DNA from: Gammaproteobacteria bacterium
GTDB taxonomy: Bacteria > Pseudomonadota > Gammaproteobacteria > SZUA-229
Direction of reading: 5' to 3'
Assembly (NCBI GenBank): GCA_015488885.1
Contig: WFMW01000012.1
Coordinates: 38,354 to 102,353 of the forward strand
Length of the DNA stretch: 64,000 bases
This document shows, in pieces, positions 43,738 through 55,130 of the stretch (the first letter of the stretch is position 1; each line of letters starts with the position of its first letter). Below the pieces are notes generated by a model that was given only the letters and a program-made list of their open reading frames with translations, searched no databases and was not told where the DNA came from. A program made the translations under genes and the position numbers.

Positions 43738-43824
43738 CTCGTTGCCATGCTCTGCGTGGAAATACATACAGAACGGGAAAAGTCTGACTGAGAGATGGAT
43801 TAGCACGCAGAGCGTGAGAGCCAG
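43738..43824. repeat. degenerate inverted REP doublet between convergent ppc and panD
   Basis: CTCGTTGCCATGCTCTGCGTGGAAAT and inverted GGATTAGCACGCAGAGCGTGAGAGCCAG. The cores GCTCTGCGTG / CACGCAGAGC are exact complements. Confidence 0.65.
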
Positions 43825-43886
43825 TCATCCATAATACACACCAAACCTCAATAAACCGGTCAGGCACAATTAATCTGTTGACGCTA

Positions 43887-44267
43887 TCAGGCAACCTGCA
43901 CAGGAATCTGAGCAGACGTACGGATAATCTGATTATTTTCGTCCAGATAGACCAGAGTGGGTTTAAAACTGGTGGCTTCCTGCGCCGATAGCCCCGCATA
44001 ACTACAGATAATAATCCGATCCCCCGGATTCGCTTTATGTGCAGCGGCACCATTAACCGAAATCAGCCCACTACCCGCTTCTGCCTGAATCGCATAGGTA
44101 GTAAAACGCTGGCCATTGTGCAGATTGTAAATCTGAATCTGCTCATACTCAATAATATTCGCTGCGTTTAACAGATCGGCGTCAATCGCACAGGAACCTT
44201 CATACTCCAGTTCGGAGTGGGTCACATGGGCATGATGCAGTTTGGATTTTAGTAAAGTCAGTTCCAT
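43887..44267 (-). CDS. panD: aspartate 1-decarboxylase
   Basis: LKSKLH, YEG-S cleavage site (YEGSCAID), [14 protein letters not shown]. Confidence 0.96.
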   Translation of the reverse strand: MELTLLKSKLHHAHVTHSELEYEGSCAIDADLLNAANIIEYEQIQIYNLHNGQRFTTYAIQAEAGSGLISVNGAAAHKANPGDRIIICSYAGLSAQEATSFKPTLVYLDENNQIIRTSAQIPVQVA

Positions 44268-44355
44268 ATTTATCATCTATCGAATTTAGCCACCTGAAAC
44301 AATATAATATACTCGAAAGCACGTATTAACTGCGTACTTTACAGTATATTATCGT

Positions 44356-45255
44356 TTATCTATCCACCGGCTTCAAGCTGAAACGCAGGTTATCGATTAA
44401 GCGGGTTGTACCCAGCCTGACAGCAGCTAGTATAATCAATGAGTTACAAACCTTTGAACCAGCTTTTTCCAGATAGTTCAGGCTATCTGTACAATCAGGT
44501 TTTTGCAGTGAAACAGGCTCACGAAGCGTTAAATAGTCCACCACAAAACCCTGTTGAGTCAGCTGCTGGATCATCTGTTGTTCAATATCGGTGAAATTAG
44601 CGCCTTGCATAACCTGATCACGCACTGTCTGCATAGCCTGGTAAATAATACCACTCTGCATACGTTGCACCGGTTGCAGATATTGATTGCGTGAACTCAT
44701 TGCCAGCCCGTCCGTTTCGCGCACTGTGGCCACAGATTGAATCTCAACCGGTATATTCAGGTCTTTCACCATTTTTCGTATCACCAGTAACTGCTGATAG
44801 TCTTTTTCACCAAAAAAAGCGATATCCGGCTGCACCATATTAAAGAGCTTGTTTACCACGGTGGCAACACCACGGAAAAAGCCGGGACGATATTCACCTT
44901 CAAGACAGTCTGATAACCCCGGCACGTCAATATAGGTGGACGAAATCTCGTTATCAGGATACATTTCACCGACATCCGGCGCAAAAACAGCATCGACCTG
45001 ATATTGCCGGAGTTTGTCGATATCTTCAGCGAAAGTGCGGGGATAACTGGCAAAATCTTCATTAGGAGCAAACTGTAGTGGGTTCACAAAAATACTCACA
45101 ACCGTGCGTGTTGCCTGCTCTTTTGCCGCCCTGACCAGTGACAGATGCCCGTCATGCAAATTACCCATGGTTGGCACCAGCGCAATGCTCTCAGCCTGCT
45201 GTTTCCAGTCGGCAAGATGTTTACGCAAGGCTTTGACTGAACGGGTAATCAACAT
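44356..45255 (-). CDS. panC: pantoate--beta-alanine ligase
   Basis: VPTMGNLHDGH, FVNPLQF, FGEKDYQQ, GLAMSSRN, RLIDN. Confidence 0.96.
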   Translation of the reverse strand: MLITRSVKALRKHLADWKQQAESIALVPTMGNLHDGHLSLVRAAKEQATRTVVSIFVNPLQFAPNEDFASYPRTFAEDIDKLRQYQVDAVFAPDVGEMYPDNEISSTYIDVPGLSDCLEGEYRPGFFRGVATVVNKLFNMVQPDIAFFGEKDYQQLLVIRKMVKDLNIPVEIQSVATVRETDGLAMSSRNQYLQPVQRMQSGIIYQAMQTVRDQVMQGANFTDIEQQMIQQLTQQGFVVDYLTLREPVSLQKPDCTDSLNYLEKAGSKVCNSLIILAAVRLGTTRLIDNLRFSLKPVDR

Positions 45256-45311
45256 AAGGCAAACGAAGCAGGAGAAATAGCGTACAAAACCATTAAACCT
45301 GCATACTCAAA

Positions 45312-46130
45312 TCAATGAAAGCTGTGTTCTTCAGCTGGGAAAGTCCCTGATTTAACGGCTTCAACATACGCCTTGATAGCGGTTTCAATACTGCCCGCCG
45401 ATTCGATAAAATTTTTACTGAATTTAGGCCGTAAACCAAAACTGATATCAAGAATATCATATAACACCAGAATCTGACCATCACAGTGTGCACCTGCACC
45501 AATGCCAATAACCGGAATCGTCAGTTTATCGGTAATTTGAGCGGCAAGTGCCTGCGGTACACATTCCAGTAACATTAAATCTGCACCTGCCTGTTGCAAT
45601 ACCAGTGCATCATCCAGCATCCGCTCTGCGCTACGCTGGTCACGTCCCTGTACCCGATACCCACCCAGCTTGTACACATGTTGCGGTTGTAAGCCAAGAT
45701 GCGCGCAGACCGGGATACCCTGCGTGCTCAAAGCCTGGATAATACTGGCCTGCTCACTGCCACCTTCAAGCTTGACCATTTGTGCCCCGGCCTGCTTGAT
45801 TAAACGTCCGGCATTGCGCAAAGCCTCTGTTACCGAGGTAAAACTCAGAAACGACATATCCGCCATTAACAGACTATGCTGCAAACCCCTGGCCACACTG
45901 CGGGTATGATAAAGCATCGCCCGCATATCAACCGGCAAAGTTGTGTCATGACCCTGAATAACCATACCCAGTGAATCACCAACCAGCACCACATCCACCC
46001 CGCAACGATCCAGTAAAGCGGCAAAACTGGCATCATAGGCCGTCAGACAGACAATTTTTTCACCAGCCTGTTTCTTTTTATGTAAATCAGTCAGGCTAAG
46101 CTGATGACTCATATCAATGTTTGCACTCAT
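45312..46130 (-). CDS. panB: 3-methyl-2-oxobutanoate hydroxymethyltransferase
   Basis: LTAYD, LVGDSLGM, VKLEGG, IGIGAG. Confidence 0.96.
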   Translation of the reverse strand: MSANIDMSHQLSLTDLHKKKQAGEKIVCLTAYDASFAALLDRCGVDVVLVGDSLGMVIQGHDTTLPVDMRAMLYHTRSVARGLQHSLLMADMSFLSFTSVTEALRNAGRLIKQAGAQMVKLEGGSEQASIIQALSTQGIPVCAHLGLQPQHVYKLGGYRVQGRDQRSAERMLDDALVLQQAGADLMLLECVPQALAAQITDKLTIPVIGIGAGAHCDGQILVLYDILDISFGLRPKFSKNFIESAGSIETAIKAYVEAVKSGTFPAEEHSFH

Positions 46131-46148
46131 AAGGTTATGTATTCAAGG

Positions 46149-47471
46149 TTAACCAGACGTTTTGTCCGCATTGGTATTAATACGAAATTCAGCTGAACCC
46201 GCATGCGCGCTCAGACCCTCACCATGAGCCAGCACAGCAGCAACTTTACCCAGTTGCGATGCACCTGCGGCGGAACAACCAATTAAACTGCTGCGTTTCT
46301 GGAAGTCATACACGCCCAGTGGCGAGGAAAAACGGGCAGTACCCGAAGTTGGCAGCACATGGTTAGGCCCGGCGCAATAATCGCCTAAGGCTTCAGCCGT
46401 GTAGCGCCCCATAAAAATGGCACCGGCATGGTGAATTTTCTGCGCCCATGACTCGGCATTTTCTACCGATAGTTCGAGATGTTCCGGGGCAATATGATTG
46501 GCAATGTTAATCGCAGAATCCATATTATCGGTTTGAATAAAGACCGCACGATTTTCCAGCGAAGCCTGAATAATTGCCTTGCGTGGCATGCTGACCAGCA
46601 ATTTAGCCATGCTGTTTTTTACCTGTTCGATAAACGCATCATCAGGACAGACCAGAATGGACTGCGCTTCTTCATCATGTTCAGCCTGCGAAAACAGATC
46701 CATGGCAATCCAGTCAGGATTGGTTTTCGCATCACACACCACCAGAATTTCAGATGGACCGGCAATCATATCAATGCCCACAACACCATATACCATACGT
46801 TTTGCTGTGGCGACATAGGAATTGCCCGGGCCGGTAATTTTATCGACTTTGGGTATGGTTCCAGTACCATAAGCCAGTGCGGCAATGGCCTGCGCACCAC
46901 CAATGGTGAAAACACGATCCACCCCGGCGATAGCTGCTGCTGCCAGAACCAGATTATTTTTCTCACCATCAGGGGTTGGCACGACCATAATCAGTTCTGC
47001 TACCCCGGCAACTTTTGCCGGAACCGCATTCATTAAAACCGAAGAGGGATAAGCGGCTTTACCACCGGGCACATACAGACCAACCCGATCCATGGGGGTC
47101 ACCTTCTGCCCCAGCACTGTTCCATCTGCCTCAGTATAGCTCCATGACTGTAGCTTTTGCCGTTCAGCATAGCGACCAATACGTTGGGCAGCCAGTTCCA
47201 GTGCCTCACGTTGATCTTTATTGATATCAGCTAATGCCTGCTGCAGACGGTCAGGATAAATTTCCAGCGCCTCGGCAGTATGCAACTGCATACGGTCAAA
47301 GCGATTGGTATATTCCAGTAGTGCCTGATCGCCGCGTTGCTTTACATCAGCCAGGATAGCACTCACAGTCTGTGATACCTGACTGTCAATATTCATTTCC
47401 CAGGCCAGTGCAGCATCAAGCTGTACCCAGAAATCTTCATTTGCCGAAGATAATAATTTAATATTCAACAT
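46149..47471 (-). CDS. hisD: histidinol dehydrogenase
   Basis: [46 protein letters not shown]. Confidence 0.96.
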   Translation of the reverse strand: MLNIKLLSSANEDFWVQLDAALAWEMNIDSQVSQTVSAILADVKQRGDQALLEYTNRFDRMQLHTAEALEIYPDRLQQALADINKDQREALELAAQRIGRYAERQKLQSWSYTEADGTVLGQKVTPMDRVGLYVPGGKAAYPSSVLMNAVPAKVAGVAELIMVVPTPDGEKNNLVLAAAAIAGVDRVFTIGGAQAIAALAYGTGTIPKVDKITGPGNSYVATAKRMVYGVVGIDMIAGPSEILVVCDAKTNPDWIAMDLFSQAEHDEEAQSILVCPDDAFIEQVKNSMAKLLVSMPRKAIIQASLENRAVFIQTDNMDSAINIANHIAPEHLELSVENAESWAQKIHHAGAIFMGRYTAEALGDYCAGPNHVLPTSGTARFSSPLGVYDFQKRSSLIGCSAAGASQLGKVAAVLAHGEGLSAHAGSAEFRINTNADKTSG

Positions 47472-47478
47472 CGTAAAA

Positions 47479-48117
47479 TTACACCGCCTGGCGAACCTGT
47501 TCAATAATCGTTGCAATACGCCGGTGTTTCATTTTCATTGATGCTTTATTGACCACTAAACGCGAGCTAATATCAGCAATATGGTCAACCGGTATTAAAC
47601 CGTTGGCTTTCAGTGTATTACCGGTATCCACGACATCGACAATTAAATCAGACAGGCCAACGACCGGCCCCAGTTCCATCGAACCATAGAGTTTGATTAA
47701 TTCAACCTGTTCACCCCGCGATGCAAAATAACGTTTTGCCACCCGGGTAAATTTGGTCGCCACCCGCAGGTGCCCATTGATGCGTGGCCGGGGGTTGACC
47801 AGACCTGCCGTCATTAATTTACAACGTGCAATTTTTAAATCCAGAGGTTCATACAAACCCTCACCGCCATGTTCCATCAATACATCTTTTCCCGCTACCC
47901 CCAGATCAGCAGCACCAAACTGGACGTAAGTTGGCACATCAGTGGCGCGGATAATAAGTAGTTTTATATCATCATGATTGGTATCAAGAATCAGTTTACG
48001 GCTTTTTTCAGGGTCATCAGCAGGCACAATATCAGCCGCTGCCAGCAACGGCAGGGTCTCTTTGAAAATACGTCCTTTGGACAGGGCAATGGTTATTTTA
48101 TTTACTGAATCGGTCAT
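47479..48117 (-). CDS. hisG: ATP phosphoribosyltransferase, short form (HisZ-dependent)
   Basis: [35 protein letters not shown]. 212 aa, no C-terminal regulatory domain. Confidence 0.95.
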   Translation of the reverse strand: MTDSVNKITIALSKGRIFKETLPLLAAADIVPADDPEKSRKLILDTNHDDIKLLIIRATDVPTYVQFGAADLGVAGKDVLMEHGGEGLYEPLDLKIARCKLMTAGLVNPRPRINGHLRVATKFTRVAKRYFASRGEQVELIKLYGSMELGPVVGLSDLIVDVVDTGNTLKANGLIPVDHIADISSRLVVNKASMKMKHRRIATIIEQVRQAV

Positions 48118-48199
48118 TGGGTGTCGGCTTGAGTCATAAATGTTTGCGTAATAAATGAATGTATTTTACTAATACCTTGCCTGTCAGAAAATGTATTTC

Positions 48200-48241
48200 T
48201 CAGATAGATTTTATCAGATAGATTTTATCAAACAGGCTTTA
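48200..48241. repeat. 14-bp tandem repeat in register with the murA stop codon
   Basis: TCAGATAGATTTTA x2, then TCAAACAGGCTTTA, then TCA (stop). Confidence 0.85.
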
Positions 48242-49516
<1,275 letters not shown>

Positions 49517-49529
49517 TCAGGCGACACCA

Positions 49530-49868
49530 TTAAGACTCACTCATCGTGTTCAGAGTCATAGTATTTAAAGATTTATCAACACCATAAGCTCTGGCTATTA
49601 TTTCCATTTGTGGTGACATATTGCTGATCTTCATGGTTTTATTTAGTGACAGGGCAATACGGTTTATCTCAAGTAATAATGCAATGCCCGCACTATCGCT
49701 GTCTTTCACTTTTTCCAGATTCACTTCAAAATGATTAGTGGGTAAATGCTGCAGGGCTTTTTGTGCAGACATGACTAATGCGGGTACCGTTACAAAATTG
49801 AGCACGCCCTGTAATACAAAGCTGTGCTTATCAGTAAGATTTATATCAGCCTGAACCTCTGTTTTCAT
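49530..49868 (-). CDS. mlaB: STAS-domain protein MlaB
   Basis: LQGVLNFVTV, DSAGIALL. Last gene of mlaFEDC. Confidence 0.8.
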   Translation of the reverse strand: MKTEVQADINLTDKHSFVLQGVLNFVTVPALVMSAQKALQHLPTNHFEVNLEKVKDSDSAGIALLLEINRIALSLNKTMKISNMSPQMEIIARAYGVDKSLNTMTLNTMSES

Positions 49869-49907
49869 AAAATCAACTCGTGAAAAAACAAGAACTTTGT
49901 ATACCCG

Positions 49908-50588
49908 CTAAGTATTCTCAGCTTCTTTTTTATTTGTAAGTGAGTCTTGCAAAGGTTTTAACTTACCATTTTTTTCGTGCAAATAATTCAGCAGACCATT
50001 TATGCCCCCTTTGCGAACTTCCTGCGTAAACGTACCACGGTAACTGGTTACCAGACTAATCCCATCTACTTTAATATCGTAAACTTTCCAGGTATTATTT
50101 TTAAGCCGTACACGATAAACCAGTGGTACCGGTGGGCCACCCGGCTGAATAACTTCTGCTCTGACAGAAGCAATTTTTGCATTACCCTTTAACCTGAGTG
50201 GAAAAAAATTTATCTGTTGATTTTTATATTCTAACAGGGATTTACTATAGGTTCTTATCAACAAGGTTCTAAACTCATTAATAAACCTCAGTTTCTGCGC
50301 GCGACTCGCTTTGCGCCAGTTTTTCCCCAGCGCAAGCTTGGCCATGGTAATATCATCAAGATTAGGCAAAATATAATTATTTACAATTTCATATACCTTA
50401 TCTGGATGAGCTTTTAACGTTGCCTTTTCATTAACCAGTATTTGAATCACATTACTGGAAATGGTTCTTAATAATTCTACAGGTGAGCCAGCATCAGCGG
50501 CCAGAATCGTTTTTGTATTCAGCAGAACGATACTTAGTACCAATAACAATAACCAGCTCCGTTGCTGTTTTCGTAATATCATTTTCAT
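49908..50588 (-). CDS. mlaC: periplasmic phospholipid-binding protein MlaC
   Basis: Signal peptide, LALGKNWR, WKVYDIKVDGISLVTSYRGTF. Confidence 0.92.
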   Translation of the reverse strand: MKMILRKQQRSWLLLLVLSIVLLNTKTILAADAGSPVELLRTISSNVIQILVNEKATLKAHPDKVYEIVNNYILPNLDDITMAKLALGKNWRKASRAQKLRFINEFRTLLIRTYSKSLLEYKNQQINFFPLRLKGNAKIASVRAEVIQPGGPPVPLVYRVRLKNNTWKVYDIKVDGISLVTSYRGTFTQEVRKGGINGLLNYLHEKNGKLKPLQDSLTNKKEAENT

Positions 50589-50626
50589 TATATCGTTATT
50601 CTATCTATTGAGTTTCTATTGAGTTT

Positions 50627-51100
50627 CTATTTCGTTTTTTTATCATCAGAAGACTTACCGTAAAGAAACTGGCCTATTATCTGTTCAAGGACAATGGCAG
50701 ACTGTGTCAGTTCAATAGTATCACCCTGTTTAAGATATTGATCTTCCGCCCCGGGATCCAGACCGATATACTGTTCGCCCAATAGCCCCGATGTCAGTAC
50801 ACTGGCAGCAGTATCGGTGGGAAATTTATTATATTTTGAATCAATTTTCATTTTAACAACAGCTTCATAGCTATTACTGTTGTATTCAATGTCTGTCACT
50901 CGACCAACCACCACCCCACTGGCGGATACTCTGGAGCGCACTTTTAAACCACCGATATTATCAAAATCTGCACTTACAACATAACCTTTATCATCATTGT
51001 AACTACTCATATTACTCACACTCATTGCCAGCATAAAAAAAGCGGCAATCGCACCAGCAGCAAATAGCCCAACAGTAATTTCAACTTTTCGTGTATTCAT
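50627..51100 (-). CDS. mlaD: MCE-domain protein MlaD
   Basis: FDNIGGLKVRS, TSGLLGEQYIGL, TQSAIVLE. Confidence 0.95.
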   Translation of the reverse strand: MNTRKVEITVGLFAAGAIAAFFMLAMSVSNMSSYNDDKGYVVSADFDNIGGLKVRSRVSASGVVVGRVTDIEYNSNSYEAVVKMKIDSKYNKFPTDTAASVLTSGLLGEQYIGLDPGAEDQYLKQGDTIELTQSAIVLEQIIGQFLYGKSSDDKKTK

Positions 51101-51169
51101 TTATTACTCCAACAAACCATAGTCTTGATGTTCAGTTATTTTCTGGACAGTTATTTTCTGGACACGCGG

Positions 51170-51949
51170 TTATTTTGAAAACATAATTGCCGTTAATACA
51201 AAGTCAAGGAATAAAACTGCTAGCGAACTATGCACAACAGTACGTGTCGTTGCCTGCCCCAGTCCTTCAGAGGTGGGAATACAGTCATAGCCCTCAAACA
51301 CGGCTATCCAGCTGGCAATCACGCCAAAGACAAAACTTTTTAAAATACCATTATAAATATCATGGTATAAATCCACCTTCGCCTGAGCCTGTGACCAGAA
51401 AGAACCATAATCCAGCCCCAGCAAAATAACCGCAACAAAATAAGCACCTATAATACCCACTGCACAGAAGATAATACCCAGCATTGGCATAGAAATAACA
51501 CCGGCCAGAAATCGTGGTGCTATCACCCTTTGCAATGGATTCACTGCCATCATTTCCATACCAGAAAGTTGTTCGGTCGCTTTCATTAAACCGATTTCGG
51601 CAGTTAATGCCGAACCGGCACGCCCGGCAAACAATAAGGCCGTTACCACGGGCCCCAGTTCACGCACCAGCGATAGCGCAACCATCACACCCACTGAATC
51701 TTCGGCACCAAAATCAACCAGCGCATAATACGATTGCAGCGCCAGCACCATACCAACAAACAAACCTGCAACCACAACAATAATCAGGGTTTGCACGCCC
51801 ACTGAATACATCTGTTTAACTAACAGCCCGGGGCGAACCAGCAGGCTGCCACAACTGGCGAATACCTGGAGTAAAAACACATGGCCACGTCCCAGTCGCT
51901 GAAAAAATGTAATAATGAAATGACCCAGTTTCTGTAATAATGCAAACAT
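51170..51949 (-). CDS. mlaE: ABC permease MlaE
   Basis: RELGPVVTALLFAGRAGSALTAEIGLMKATEQL. Confidence 0.96.
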   Translation of the reverse strand: MFALLQKLGHFIITFFQRLGRGHVFLLQVFASCGSLLVRPGLLVKQMYSVGVQTLIIVVVAGLFVGMVLALQSYYALVDFGAEDSVGVMVALSLVRELGPVVTALLFAGRAGSALTAEIGLMKATEQLSGMEMMAVNPLQRVIAPRFLAGVISMPMLGIIFCAVGIIGAYFVAVILLGLDYGSFWSQAQAKVDLYHDIYNGILKSFVFGVIASWIAVFEGYDCIPTSEGLGQATTRTVVHSSLAVLFLDFVLTAIMFSK

Positions 51950-51951
51950 GG

Positions 51952-52776
51952 TTATTCTAATCCTTTCATTTGATAAAGGTCATCCATTAACGGCGGGGCG
52001 GGATAATGGAAAGGTACCGGCCCATCGGGCAGAGCCTCAATAAACTGTCGTGTCCACGCCGACTGGCTTTTACTCATCGCCTCCGGTGTGCCTTTATCTA
52101 CCACCTTGCCATCAGAAATCAGATAGATGTAATCAGCGATGGACAGAGTTTCGGGCACATCATGCGAAACCACAATACTGCAAACATCAAGTGCACTGTT
52201 TAATTCACCAATTAAACGTACCAGCACGCCCATTGATATGGGATCCTGGCCGGTAAAAGGTTCATCATACATAATCATCATCGGATCGAGTGCAATCGCC
52301 CTTGCCATCGCCACCCGCCTGGCCATACCACCGGATAGTTCCGCAGGCATCAATTGCGCTGCACCACGTAAACCCACTGCATTGAGCTTCATCAAAACCA
52401 GTTCATGAATCATCGGCTGACTCAATCTGGTATGTTCACGCAGTGGATAAGCAACATTTTCGAATACGGTTAAATCGGTTAACAAAGCACCAGATTGAAA
52501 TAACATACCCATGCGTTTACGTAACTTAAACAGTTCGACGCTACTTAGCTGGTGCACATTGAGGCCATCAACCTCAATCAGACCGGCATCGGGTGTTAAT
52601 TGGCCGCCAATAAGTTTGAGCAATGTCGTTTTACCAGTACCACTCGGCCCCATAATTGCGGTAATACCCTTACGCGGAATTTCCATGGTTAAACCATCAA
52701 AGATTTTATGCTCACCGCGACTGAAAGATAAATCAGTAATGGTGACCAGAATATCGCTGCCAGAATTATTACTCAA
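51952..52776 (-). CDS. mlaF: ABC ATPase MlaF (TTG start)
   Basis: GPSGTGKT, FQSGAL, LSGGMARR, DEPFTGQDP, GPVPFHYPA. Confidence 0.95.
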   Translation of the reverse strand: MSNNSGSDILVTITDLSFSRGEHKIFDGLTMEIPRKGITAIMGPSGTGKTTLLKLIGGQLTPDAGLIEVDGLNVHQLSSVELFKLRKRMGMLFQSGALLTDLTVFENVAYPLREHTRLSQPMIHELVLMKLNAVGLRGAAQLMPAELSGGMARRVAMARAIALDPMMIMYDEPFTGQDPISMGVLVRLIGELNSALDVCSIVVSHDVPETLSIADYIYLISDGKVVDKGTPEAMSKSQSAWTRQFIEALPDGPVPFHYPAPPLMDDLYQMKGLE

Positions 52777-52970
52777 GAAGCCAGACCTATATTTAATTGA
52801 AAGTATGTCATTGAAAGAATGTTGCGGATTCTAACATCTATACACCAGTCCGAACACACCCATGCCCATGCAATCGATGACTTATCCATCATTTTCATAA
52901 AATTATTGGCTTAAGCATGGACATAGCGTAACCTTCGCGGGTTAATTTAATTATTTTTAATGTGTTTTTT

Positions 52971-53939
52971 ATGCTGATTGATTCACTCGCCATTATTAGT
53001 GGCTTTATCCTGCTAATCTGGAGTGCCGACCGATTTATCTGCGGTGCTGCGGCAACCGCACGCAACCTTCATGTGCCCCCGCTGATCATTGGCCTGACCA
53101 TTGTCGGTTTTGGTACGTCAGCACCAGAAATCATGGTCGCCTTCTTTGCTGCTTATGATGGTAGCCCGGCCATGGCCATTGGTAATGCGATTGGTTCCAA
53201 TATTACCAATATTACTCTGGTACTTGGTGTGGCGGCATTGATCGCACCGCTAAATGTCCACTCACGTATTATAAAAAAAGAATTACCTATCCTGCTGATG
53301 GCCATGCTGGTTGCACTGGCATTGATGCGTGACATGACCCTGAACCGTTTTGATGGTTTTGTCCTGATCAGCCTGTTAGGTTTGCTTATGTGGTGGATGA
53401 CACGTGAAGCGATTCGCAATAAAAATGAAGATGCCTTCACCGAAGAAATTGTTGAAGAACTACCCGCTCATATGTCAACGAAGGCAGCAACCTTCTGGCT
53501 AATTACCGGGCTTTTATTATTAACACTCAGTTCCAAAATTCTGGTATGGGGCGCAGTCAATATTGCCCATGCACTGGGTATCAGTGACCTGATTATTGGT
53601 CTTACTATTATCGCCATTGGTACCAGCTTACCCGAGCTGGCAGCCTCAATTACCGGTGCACTCAGAAATGAACACGATATTGTCATTGGCAACGTGGTAG
53701 GCTCAAACCTGTTTAACACTCTGGGAGTATTAGCAATACCCGGCCTGATTGCACCGGCAAAACTGGCACCCGGTATTATGGATCGCGATATCCCGATATT
53801 ATTTATCCTTACCATTGCCCTTTTTATTATGGCTTATGGTTTTAAAGGCAAAGGGCGGATCAATCGAATTGAAGGCGGCATTTTACTGACCGCCTTTTGC
53901 CTCTATCAACTGCTACTCTTTTTTACCGTAATTAAATAA
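52971..53939 (+). CDS. yrbG: calcium/sodium antiporter (YrbG)
   Basis: Two alpha repeats GTSAPE...GNAIGSN and GTSLPE...GNVVGSN. Divergent from mlaF. Confidence 0.9.
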   Translation: MLIDSLAIISGFILLIWSADRFICGAAATARNLHVPPLIIGLTIVGFGTSAPEIMVAFFAAYDGSPAMAIGNAIGSNITNITLVLGVAALIAPLNVHSRIIKKELPILLMAMLVALALMRDMTLNRFDGFVLISLLGLLMWWMTREAIRNKNEDAFTEEIVEELPAHMSTKAATFWLITGLLLLTLSSKILVWGAVNIAHALGISDLIIGLTIIAIGTSLPELAASITGALRNEHDIVIGNVVGSNLFNTLGVLAIPGLIAPAKLAPGIMDRDIPILFILTIALFIMAYGFKGKGRINRIEGGILLTAFCLYQLLLFFTVIK

Positions 53940-53966
53940 CTTTATGACCTTTATAAAAATACCACA

Positions 53967-54953
53967 ATGACCAGTAAAAAATTCAATAAAGAAGATTATC
54001 AACATCTGGGCCAACAGGTTATTGAGGCAGAACTGGATGAAATCGCTGCATTAAAAACCAGGATTAACCAGAATTTTGCATCCGCCTGTGACCTTCTACT
54101 CCACTGCAAGGGACGCATTATTGTTACCGGCATGGGAAAATCGGGACATATTGGCGGCAAAATTGCCGCCACCCTGGCCAGCACCGGTTCCCCGGCTTTT
54201 TTTGTCCACCCGGGCGAAGCCAGTCATGGTGATTTAGGCATGATCACCCCAAATGATATTGTCCTTGCTCTGTCCAATTCAGGCAACACCGCCGAAATCG
54301 CCACCATTATCCCTATTCTGAAACGTTTTGGCATACCCTTGATCAGCATGACTGGCAATGCCAATTCAACCCTGGCAAAGGCTGCTGATATCAACCTTGA
54401 TGTCAGTATCAGCAAGGAAGCCTGCCCGCATGATCTGGCGCCAACCTCCAGTACCACCGTTGCTCTGGTAATGGGCGATGCCCTGGCCGTCACCCTGTTG
54501 CAGGCAAAAGGTTTTACTGCAGATGATTTCGCACTCTCCCATCCTGGTGGTAGCCTGGGTAAACGTTTACTTTTGCACGTTGCTGATATTATGCATACTG
54601 CTGAACGTATCCCGAAAGTACCACGTAATGCTACTGTTTCCCAGACCCTACTGGAAATGAGTGAAAAAGGCCTGGGTATGACCGCAATTACCGATGCCGA
54701 TAATACCCTGCTGGGTATTTACACAGACGGGGACTTACGTCGTTCACTGGATAAAAACATTAATGTCAACCAAACCTCTGTCGGAGAGGTAATGACCGCA
54801 AACTGTCACACCACCACAGCCGACACATTGGTGGCAAGTGTACTAAAAACCATGGAAGACGCCGGTATCAATGCAATTCTGGTGATTGATAATGAAAATA
54901 AACTTATCGGTGCTTTTAATATGCACGATGTATTACGTGCCGGCATTGTTTAA
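53967..54953 (+). CDS. kdsD: arabinose 5-phosphate isomerase (KpsF/GutQ)
   Basis: GMGKSGHIG, HPGEASHGDLG, HPGGSLG, two CBS domains. Confidence 0.95.
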   Translation: MTSKKFNKEDYQHLGQQVIEAELDEIAALKTRINQNFASACDLLLHCKGRIIVTGMGKSGHIGGKIAATLASTGSPAFFVHPGEASHGDLGMITPNDIVLALSNSGNTAEIATIIPILKRFGIPLISMTGNANSTLAKAADINLDVSISKEACPHDLAPTSSTTVALVMGDALAVTLLQAKGFTADDFALSHPGGSLGKRLLLHVADIMHTAERIPKVPRNATVSQTLLEMSEKGLGMTAITDADNTLLGIYTDGDLRRSLDKNINVNQTSVGEVMTANCHTTTADTLVASVLKTMEDAGINAILVIDNENKLIGAFNMHDVLRAGIV

Positions 54954-54962
54954 TAGACGCCC

Positions 54963-55125
54963 AGGAGTCTGTCGGACTTAACCAATCGTAGCGAGGGAAA
55001 GCCGATTTGAGGCAGATTTTTCGTTATTTTGAGGCGAATAGTACGACTATTTAACGAAAAATAACGGGGAATATGTCCAAATTCGGCTTTTACGTAGTAG
55101 GTTGTGTTAAGTCCGACAGACTCCT
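54963..55125. mobile_element. MITE with perfect 20-bp terminal inverted repeats
   Basis: AGGAGTCTGTCGGACTTAAC at 54963-54982 and its exact complement at 55106-55125. CCAG/CTAG at the flanks, self-complementary interior. Confidence 0.88.
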
Positions 55126-55130
55126 AGAGA

